A stretch of DNA of 64,000 bases from assembly GCF_000143415.4 (NCBI RefSeq), contig NW_003314269.1, positions 3,279,060 to 3,343,059 on the forward strand. Reading direction: 5' to 3'. Below are positions 39,101-48,817 of the stretch, piece after piece (position 1 is the first letter of the stretch; each line of letters opens with the position of its first letter). The DNA is from Selaginella moellendorffii (Eukaryota > Plantae > Lycopodiophyta). Made by a program: the position numbers and the translations under genes. A model generated the notes under the pieces. It saw nothing but the letters and a program-made list of their open reading frames with translations, ran no database searches and was not told the DNA's origin.

Positions 39101-40829
39101 CCACGTAGAAGAGCATTAGCCACTGTCAGAAGGTCGTCGTTGTCTAGAGACCGCGAGAAACGCAAGGCGTTGAGCTTCAAATCATTGGGCTTCCGGCCGT
39201 CCTCCACACCCATTGAGTTTAGCAACTCCCCGTCATGGTACCTCCTTAGCACATCTACCCATTTGTCAAAAACAACTTTTGTCGCGAGTAGAATGTTATG
39301 GATGCTGAGTGTGTCATTGACCCCCAGTGTTTTCGAGAGAAGACTCGAGAATTCCTGCAATGGAAATGGCGTGAGGCCACATGCTATGCCACATGCAACG
39401 AGGCTTACCTGCCAGGCGCTAGTTGCTAGTGCACGTCCTTGTCCTGGTTTTTGTGGCTTCTTCAGTTGAACCCAGAGCTTCCGTGTTCGTGCCAATGTCT
39501 CGTGCAGACCCGATTTGTAGCACGTTTCTTGCTTGACATTTTGCGCGTGGGAGATGTATATGATAGATCGGAGGGGCGAGTTGCCTTTCATCAGGTGGAC
39601 AACTCTTGTCTTGAAGACTTTCTTCACCTCCTCGCCCACCATAATATCCACAACTATCTGTTGCATCGCCAAGCTAGAATGCTGCTCGGAGACGGCATAG
39701 AACCGGATGTTCTGATCGTCCAACACCTTCCTATTGATCAAGTCTGGAAACCTCGTCTCGCCCTTCATTGTTTGGTAGTAGGGGATCACGTCTGCGATGT
39801 CGGGTGTTACTGGACTTGCCAGCATCTTCTGCTTCAGTTTCTCCACCCACTCATCAGATACTAGCCTATGGTTGTATTTGCTTTTGATGTCGATATGGCT
39901 CACGTCGATTGTATATACTTTGTTGGAATAGTAACAAGTACTATTATCTGCGACGATTTTTGCTGCCTCTTCTTGCTCTTTCTGCTCTTTGCGGCTCTTC
40001 TTTTTGGTGGGTGTAGTGTTCGAACCCGAGGCAATGGCATCACCGAGTAGCTTCTTTTTTGGAGCAGCAGAGTCGGACGTCGGCTTGAGCTTGACCACCC
40101 TTTTCTGCTTCGGGGTAGTTTCCAGATCGACCCCCTTCCTTTTCGCTTCGCGAACTCGAGGCACTCTCAACGACTCAATGTTGGAATATAGTTTTTGAAC
40201 ATCACCGTAGGTGAGGTCCGTGGATTCCATGTGATCTTTATAGACCCGCAGCGTCTTTGAAATTGTGGGCCTCCTGGACAACCTCTCCCTAGCTCCCTCT
40301 AGGAATTCCTCATAGCCGCTGCCCCCCTCCGGGAAGCCGCTAGGATGTGCAAGGTGGATCTTGAAGGCGGACGCTGTCTCTACCACAAGTGCCAGTCCAT
40401 ATTCTTGCATGGAACTGCATGGAGTGTCTGTCACTTGGATGAGGATCCCTATGCATTCTTTTCTCCCACCATCTGTGTTGTACAGCCTCAGATCCTCGCC
40501 TTCCATCCCGAAAGTCCAACTAGTGAGCTCCTCCCCCTTCTCTGCATCCACATAGACAGTGGCTAGAAGAAGAACGCAATTCCTCGCCTGTTCAGAAATG
40601 CACAACAATTAGAGCTGACAGATGAAAAGCTAGCAGCTGGAAATAACGTGAGGCCACACACCATTCACCACTGCATCAGATGTCTTGAGGCTACATCCTA
40701 AGATGGCGTGAGGTTACACGCCATCTGTAACCGGACTGCACTCGAGAGCCCAATCGGTGCATGCCAATGTTGCTACTGAATGGCATGTGGCCTCATACCA
40801 TTTTCTACTTGGTCTAAAAGACTTACCAT
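36117..40829 (-). pseudogene. Multi-exon cargo gene: ParB/Srx-like domain + degenerate beta-class amino-MTase fold + acidic disordered tail; two in-frame stops
   Basis: ATG at 40829, then intron 40826-40588. The 693-aa and 168-aa ORFs are in frame across a TAG at 38527. A chain of phase-1 GT-AG introns links the exons down to 36117 (second TAG at 37788). Motifs IDVSHIDI..NHRLVSDEWVEKLKQKM...RFYAVSEQHSSLA and KKAP...GKCVVEYNCGG..FRAAL...CVAV. Confidence 0.6.
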
Positions 40830-42411
40830 TTGAAGCCGAATGGAGGCCGTGACAATCGAGGCCGGACTCGCTGGCGAATGTGCACTGTGTGTGCAGCGGA
40901 TCGTAGCAGCAAGGCTACTCTGCCACTTACAGTTGGAGAGTGGTGCTGAAATCTCCCGGGACGCCAAGTGGGCTGCGTGTGGGTGGCGGAGTGGGCGGCG
41001 GAGTTGGCGGCGAAGTTACAAACTGGGTGTGTCTTGAAGTGGACGCCGATGCACACGAGCGCGATGCGAGCGTGATGCGAGCGCGAGTGTGATGCAAGCG
41101 CGAGTGGACGCCAATGCACACGAGAAACCTATAGAGAAGGTAGATGAGTGCGAATGTGAGCGTGATTGCGAGTGGGAGCGCGATGCGAGCGCGAGTACGA
41201 AGGAAAATGCAAAACCTAACCTCACACGTGCGAAATGTCACGACGGTTGGTAATCCCGCCACGTCATCATTCCTCAGACTTGGGCGCCACCATTAATTTC
41301 TGGATCGCCGCGCGCATGCATGCACGTGAAATCCAAAAGAAATCTGCAACGTCATCATTCCTCGGACTGCATGCACTCTAAATCCAAAAGAAAGATCATG
41401 ATTGGGATATCATTTAATACCCTCGCTATATTTATACCATGCATGATTGGATATTCCAAAGCATCTTGTATTTCCAAAAATGGCAGATGTTCAGCTAAAT
41501 AAAGAAATTCTATCTGTTTCTATTTTTCTCTCAAATCAATATTATAGCGTGTGGGCTCATGCAATTTTGAACCAAAGAAACCCAAAAAACGTTGGACCCA
41601 AAATATTTTGAAAAAACCCAAAAAACCCTAAACATTTTAAACCCAAAAATCCAGGCGTTCTGTGGCGTTATTCCTTGAATGGCGTGTGGGCGCATGCCAT
41701 TTTCAGGGCCAAATGCTGAATGGAGAAAAATTCCCTTTCAGTGCAAATGCTGCAAGAGGCAGATGCCGAGCACAAAGGACTGTAACTACCTCACATGACA
41801 CAGATAAACTTTTCTTTATTTGGCAAAGATAAACTTTATAGCGTGTGGGCTCATGCAATTTTGAACCCAAAAAATGCACCAAAAAATTCTCGGCGTCATC
41901 TGGCGTTATCTCTTGAATGGCGTGGGGCCGCATGCCATTTTCAGGGGCACATAGGAGTATATTCCTAGGATATTCTGACACGCGCGAGATTTTCTTGAGT
42001 TTTCTGGAGATCCAACCATTAGATCGCAACTAGATTTTACAGAATGGTATACAATGTCTTTCTTGATGACCCTGCAAAGAAGCATCTTGATCAGACACCA
42101 CATGAGACCACACGAGCCTTACAATGTTTCAGGGGCATTTGCCATAGATCCGACCGTTATTTTGCTCCAAGATTTTACAGTTTGGTGTGCATTGACCTTT
42201 CCATCGAAACTGCAAAGGGACATCACAATCAGATGCGGGATCACAAGAAACTAACTTCACTAACTCTGGTTTCACCAAGATCTACGTAAGGAGTTATGAA
42301 ATGAAAGGACCCTCTCTATTGAAATGTGTTTATGGTCCTAGGGGCATTGTGACATATCAAAGGATTTTGCATCAAGTTCTGTATTTGCATGTTTATCAAG
42401 CTACTGAATTG

Positions 42412-42444
42412 CTAAACCCTAAACCCTAAACCCTAAACCCTAAA
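42412..42444 (+). repeat. Interstitial plant telomeric repeat ctaaa(CCCTAAA)4
   Basis: ctaaaccctaaaccctaaaccctaaaccctaaa read directly. Confidence 0.9.
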
Positions 42445-43775
42445 CATGTGGCAAATGCTGCGTGAAGAAAGATGCCCTTTCTGGGCAAATGCTGTAAGAG
42501 GCAGATGCCGAGCAAATGTATCTCAGGCTAGCAAAGGGGACAAACGAAAGCTAGCTATAAATATGACGGGATGCAAATAGATTACTAGGCTGGTCCTACG
42601 AAAATCAAAAACCATAATTGAAAACATTGAAAATGCAAAAAGAAAGGTTTATAATATTTTTGAATTTTAAGCAACCAAAGGAATGTAAGTAGGGCATGTG
42701 TTTGTAAGTTTAAAAATGCCTCAACCACTTAAATTCCCAAGTAAATAAAGCTGTTTCTATTTTTGGTACAGGTAAACTTTATAGCGTGTGGGCTCATGCA
42801 ATTTTGAACCAAAAAATGCACCAAAAAATGCTCGACTAGCATTATTCTTTGAATGGCGTGTGGCCTTATGTCGAGCATTATTCTTTGAATGGCGTGTGGC
42901 CTTATATTGCCATAAATGGACGTACACACACAGCATAATTATTCCTTTACACGGCAAATAATCTTGGCGCGGATCGCTGACATGGCATGGCAAAGTTCGA
43001 ATCACTGACATGGCACAGCTGGATCGAGGCAAGGACATGATGTGACAAAGTTCAACCTCCGACAGCAAAGTCTAGAAGCTACTCAGTTTGAAATTTGTCA
43101 GAGGAGTCATAAGATCTGGTTTGTTAGAGGATTTGATGTGACGTTCAAGCGTGTGTTATTTTTGAATTCTCGAACTCATTCCTAGGTCTATCATTTTTGT
43201 GCGCCGTGTTCTTGGTTCCGCTGAGCGCAGTGAGCGCTGCTTGTGTAAGCGGCGTTGTGGGCTGTGGTTTATGCGTCTACGAGCGGTTGCGGCATTGCGA
43301 GCGCCATTGCGAGCGGCAGTTTATGCGAGTGGCAGTTTGTGCGAGCGGCGCTACGAGCAGTTGTGGTGTTGCGAGCAGCGCTACGAGTAGTTGCGGTGTT
43401 GCGAGCGGCACTGTCTTTGGTGTGGCTACCGCTTCCTCTTGATATTCGGCACTTGTGCTTCCTGGTATGTTCACCATGGAATGGCTTAGGACCACATTTA
43501 GAAATGGCATGAGGCCACATGCCATCTTAGGCCCTTGCAATTTCATGGCTAGCGTATTGTCATGTATGTTTTTACTTGCCTGCAGCTGTGTGTATATCAA
43601 GATGGCATGAGGGCTCATGCCAATTTTGTGAATGTGAAATTTCACATGGGTGTCAATAGCATGTTTGAATAATGGCATGTGGCCTCATGCTATTGAGGTT
43701 GTTTGGTATGTTATGATTTAGGCCATTCTCCAATCATTTTTTGTATGGTCTTAACTTCTTTTCTGCACTTTCAGA

Positions 43776-46700
43776 ATGGCCTTCAGGGTTGGGGAAAAGG
43801 TTTACATTTTGAATGGTGGGAAGAGAGTTGCAAAAGGGACCCTTGTGTCTATGGATCGGAACTTTGTTATACACTGTCAAAGGCTTGGGGAAGGCAATGC
43901 TGCTGTATCAATAGAGACTGTCTTCGATGGGAATGTGGTCGCTATTGAACGAAGAGAGATGGTCGTCGGGGTAAATGTTGTTGTTGCCTTGAAAAATCTT
44001 CAGAAGAAAGCAGATGTTAGGGACAGCGCAAGTGCGACGCATGTTCCCTCCGTGGATCTTAAGAACCGTGCTACATGGATTCAGGCAAAGGTGTTTCTAA
44101 ACAACCCCGAGGGGGAGGTGGTAGCTGAGGGCTTAGCCACAGTTGTCGATCCAAGAGATGCGGTTGCTAATCAAGAATTGGGCTGGGATGATATTGGAGT
44201 TGCAATTTTAGAGGTTGTTGACACAGAAGAAAACAATCTGACTATTGGAAGCATTGTGCGGTGGAAATTGAGGCACTTAGTGTTTGAGAATGTGAAGGAT
44301 TCACAATCAAACACCACTACAACTAATGACAGAGCATCTCTTTATGGGAAAAGAAAGTACACCTTCCTAAAGCGCAGCCAAAGGGATCTGAGCAACGAAC
44401 CGAAAAGGCAGAAAATGGCGATGGAAGTTCGAATGGTCTCGACAGTTGCTTGTTGCAAGAGGAGGTGCTGTTAACATGCTGATTGGGATGCTATTGAAGA
44501 GGAGAGAGCAAGATACAAGACATTGTCCTGGAAGGCAGCTCGCAATTTTGTGTATGAGGCATTACGGTCATCTGTTGATGCTTCAGAACATCAGGTGGGG
44601 GGCATGGTCTTCCAGAGGGGTTTGGTCTGCATGAAGGCATGGAAAATCATTTATGGAGTCCCTCGAACCACATTCTACAGAATCAAAACTGAGTTCGAGG
44701 AACAAAGGGTTCAACAGGTAGTCCATGGGAACGACGGTACGCACAAAACCAAGGGTCATGTTGTATATGGAGAGGCAATCTTCAAGAGGTTTGTCGAGAC
44801 ATGTAGCGAGCAGCAACCACATAAAACCCGCCTCTTGGAAGATGGAACAGGAGACACCCAACGAGTTCTCCCTTCCATGTATACCAAGGGGGCCATATTG
44901 GAAGATGTGAATCGGGAACTCCAGAGTAATGGCTACAGGAAGCTGAGCCAATCTAGATTTAGTAGATTGTGGAGCAACAGGTTCAGGGATGTGAGTATAG
45001 GAAAGTACTCCAGCTTTTCAAAGTGTGACGAGTGCACTACTATCAAAATGGCTTTGTCGAAGAATTCTTGTAGCGCTCAAGAGCGAGAGACGTTGGTTAG
45101 AAGGTGGCTCGACCACAATATCAAGCAGAGAAGCTGCAGGACTGCATATTATCATAACAGGATTCTCTCCATGGAGAGACCTGACTCTTACCTCTGCATC
45201 ATCCACGACAAAATGGACCAGAAAAAGACGTGCTTACCTCGACTCAATCCTGCCCCCAAGGCAATCTCTTCATCCATGCAGCTGCCTGTGTCTCTGTTTG
45301 GCATAATCGCTCATGGGCATGGTGCCCAGAACTATGGGAACTTCTTTGTACTTCTATGGGGTGGCGGGGGTGCAAACATGATGATTGTGTCCCTAGCAAA
45401 ACACTTAAGGTCTCTGCAAAGTGCGCAGACTAAGCTGAACGGCCAACTCTTGCATAAGGCCCTTGTCGATCGAACCCCATACAGGGTTCAGCTAGAGGAG
45501 GAGCAAAGGCTTGCAGTATCGCGTGGGGCCCCATGCCATCCCAGTGAATATGTTGGCCGTCAAATTGTAGGGTTATCATGTGAGGCCTCATGCCATTCCG
45601 ACGAGGCTGGTCGCCCGGTGAATGCACAGCCTCATCCAAACGAAGCAGAATCTCAAGGAAGTTCTTGCAGCCGATGTGGCCTTCCACCCCATTTTCTGCT
45701 CCAAACAGACAATGCTGGCAGTGAGAACAAAAACATGTACGTCTTCGTGTACTTGGCGATGCTTGTTGCCAAAGGCATATTTGAAACGGTTACACTTGGC
45801 TTTCTCATGGTTGGGCACACTCATGAAGACGTCGATGCCATGTTCAGTCACCTGGCAGAGTCCCTCCGGCGATCCAATGTCCTCACCCTCCCACAACTCT
45901 ACGATGAATTCCAAAATTGCATCAAAGGCACTGTTGAAGCTGCACTTCTGACAGAGGTTCCAGACTTTAAGGGGTTTGTAAGAGGCTACATCAGGGACGG
46001 ATCCGAAACGCTGATTGGCCACTCCAAGCCTCTTCAGTTTCATTTCAGTATGTGTGACGGTGCTCCAGTGATGAGGTACAAGATGAGAGAATGGGACACA
46101 GTGTGGCTGCCAGTGGACGGCATTGAACTCTTCAAGAGAGATCCCATAACTGGGGAACCTATGATTCCTCAGGGTTCCCCACGGCCGATGCACCCGGATG
46201 GACTCAAAGACCAAGAAAGTATAGTGGCCGGGATTAGACAGCATATTGCCTTCTGGAAGAGGGGGTTGGTGTATGGTGGAGAATCCTATTTTCAGAGGTG
46301 CAAGCCTTTGCTCGAATACTGGGAGAAGATTATATCTGCTATCCAAAATGGGCCGGTTGTATATGAAGAATTGGAAGAGTCCTTTTGGCTAGAACCCAGA
46401 GCACCAGATAGTAGCAGAACAATGTCCTCTGGAAATGCAGTGACAGATAACGATGTTGAGGATCACTATTGTGGGCCGAGGAACAAGAAGCCGGATTCAG
46501 CATTCAATCCAGTACAGGTCTGCAAAGGAATGGTCGTGTTTGTCAGACCCAGTAATAAAAAACAAATGATATGGGTGGGGCGCTGCATCACTGATGCAGA
46601 GGAGGACGCGGAAACTAACTCCTTCAATGTAACTGTGGAGTGGTTCAAGCCAAGTTTCGGATATACGAAGGATTGCCTAGAAAAGAGATGGGTGCTGAAT

Positions 46701-46844
46701 CCAAGGGATCCCAGCATGAGCATATCAGTGGATAATGTTGTGCATGGTTGGATGCGGAAGCAGAGTGCCACCATCACCTTGCCAGACCATGCAAGAGATG
46801 CAACAAGAGCATTCATAACCCGGGTTCAAGGTGAGATTCATTAA
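43776..46844 (+). pseudogene. Sola-like DDD transposase (DUF7869-type core), about 1020 codons with one internal TAA
   Basis: ORFs 43776-44474 and 44523-46844 are in frame. Cys-rich CCKRRCC...VCMKAW..IYGV and KCDEC..H; catalytic-like IIHDKMDQ, LQTDNAGSENKN and FLMVGHTHEDVDAMFS. Confidence 0.8.
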
Positions 46845-48817
46845 TATTCCTTTACTAAGTTTCTAATGTATTTTATTTCAAGGTGAACAATCCGAATCTG
46901 AATCAGAGGAGGCGTGATGGCATGTGGCCTTATGCCATTCCTAGGTGAGATGATACAAATAACAAGTATAAATTCTTAGTTGTTCTAGCAAATCTTACTT
47001 AAAGTTCAAGGTGAATAAGCCGAATATGAATTCATCGGATTGTTCTAACAAATTGCGAGGTGATGGCATGAGGCGATACGCCATTTGAGAGTGGTAGCCA
47101 TTCCTATATGAGGTGAGTGAAATATTTATTAGAAATACCTCATTCAATTGTGCACTTCTAAGTCTTAGTCCACTCAGTACTGTTTGCATGTTTCTATTTT
47201 AATTCTTTCTCTAAAATGTTATTTAGCATGTGGCTTCATGCCATTGCTCTCCACAATCATGCATTGAATTTTTCTATCCTTGCATAATACTTCTCCATAT
47301 ATATAGCATGTGCGCACATGTGATATGGTTCATTAGGCCTGATATAGTGTGTGAGGTAAAACAAAGATGATGTGATATATGCATTTACCAATCACACGTG
47401 CATAAATCTAATAATATGGCGTGTGGCCCATATTAATGGCACATAAACCCATATTGTGGGCTTACGTGCTTTATGTACCATCATTCCCTTGCAACGAGTG
47501 TGTTGGTTTCCTTTTATAACACAACGAACTCCATATTTTAGGGTGAAAAGCGTTCTCATGGCAAGCACAAAATCTGTAAGTGAGGCAGAAAAGGAGACGG
47601 AGAAGGAGATAGGTGAAGATGTAGAATATATAAGTCTTCCAAACTCCCCGTACTATACTCCAGGTGATCATTTTTCTGAACAAACGGCAACATTAACAAC
47701 TATCGAGAACGCCCCAGTAACGTCAGAGACAACAATCCAAAGCAAAACAACTGACCCGGAGAAGGATGATAGTACCGCTGAGAGTACCAAAAAGGAGGTG
47801 TCCACTAGCGCTTAGGCTTATAATGGCGTGTGCCCTCATGCCATTTACTTGATCACCAAATACCTTTTTCCCTTTGCACTAGTATATCTTAATACCGGTC
47901 TGAGAAATAGAATGGCATGTGCCCTCAGGCCTTTTACTAAATCACCTTTGAAAGAAATGCAAGCCTCTATGTCGTAAAAAAAAGGTACTAGAGAAATTCC
48001 TTAATAATATGAATGTTATTTAGTTTCATGAAAATACACTAAGGGTCAAATGAGTTAAATGACTTCTCCAGACTAGCAATGCCTCTTGCTACACCTTCAC
48101 AATTAGATTCATTAGAAAAAGATAACATTGAATAATATCTAAATGTTCTCACCATTAAGTTATATGTCTGGCTAATAGGAATGACGTTCATCTTGGAAAG
48201 CTCACCACACGCTCAATGAACAAACAAATAGTGTGTGCGCGCATGCCATCGCTCTTCTTTAGCTTCAGATTCGGCTTGTTCACCTTGACAATGAGATTTA
48301 TTATACAACCAGATGGACTCAGTCTGGACACAAAGTCACTGCGCTAGTCACCATGCCCCAGATATGTCTAGCACCTGGACAAAAAACATATAATTTCACG
48401 TCATTTGAAAATACTTGAAAATTTGTACCTAGTCCCATTTTACTGAATAAATCCCGCTTTAACGAAATAGAGCTTTGTATTAAAAAATTTAACTACTTTA
48501 CCTTTTCTTGCAAGTCTCTTATGCATCTCTATGGGAATAATTTTAGTTTTGTCACTCATGTCTTCAACTTTCCTCCTTTCAAGTTTGAAATCAGATTTAT
48601 CAAGATTTTCAATCTTATCTGAGGTGAGTGCAACCCACTAACAATTAGCCATTCTTTAGGTGCAATATCAAGTTTTATCACTATAGTGTCTTTAAGCCAC
48701 TTCATATAGTTGGCATTAGTGTTGTAACAATACAATTGGCACCATCTTGAAAATTTAACTTGCTTTCATTCCCCAAGGAAACATGGGGCTAGAACAAAAG
48801 CAGATTTGTCATTATGG

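Larger units (their letters stand above)
35151..48249. repeat. Dispersed 22-bp spaced palindrome ATGGCRTG-N6-CAYGCCAT (about 30 copies), confined to the transposon
   Basis: Copies (some degenerate) start at 35151, 36228, 36303, 37535, 37726, 37867, 39366, 40643, 40703, 40780, 41544, 41679, 41838, 41917, 42781, 42853, 42889, 43504, 43602, 43672, 45518, 45575, 46917, 47063, 47223, 47303, 47416, 47823, 47912 and 48228. Confidence 0.92.
34765..48475. mobile_element. 13.7-kb TIR DNA transposon, Sola-like, carrying cargo genes
   Basis: TIRs aagctctattttgttaaagtggga (34765-34788) and tcccgctttaacgaaatagagctt (48452-48475), 2 mismatches. TGTA on both sides (34761-34764, 48476-48479). The uninterrupted paralog at 55721-55770 has a single TGTA. 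Confidence 0.9.

Noticed and set aside
35151-48249. Palindromic repeats as a CRISPR array or bacterial REP elements
   Set aside because: Spacing is irregular (tens of bp to more than 1 kb), there are no cas genes, and the context is a spliced eukaryotic transposon.
34765-48475. Bacterial or phage contamination explaining the ParB/MTase-like gene
   Set aside because: The gene has GT-AG introns, and the element is inserted with a TSD into a repeat that recurs elsewhere in the window.
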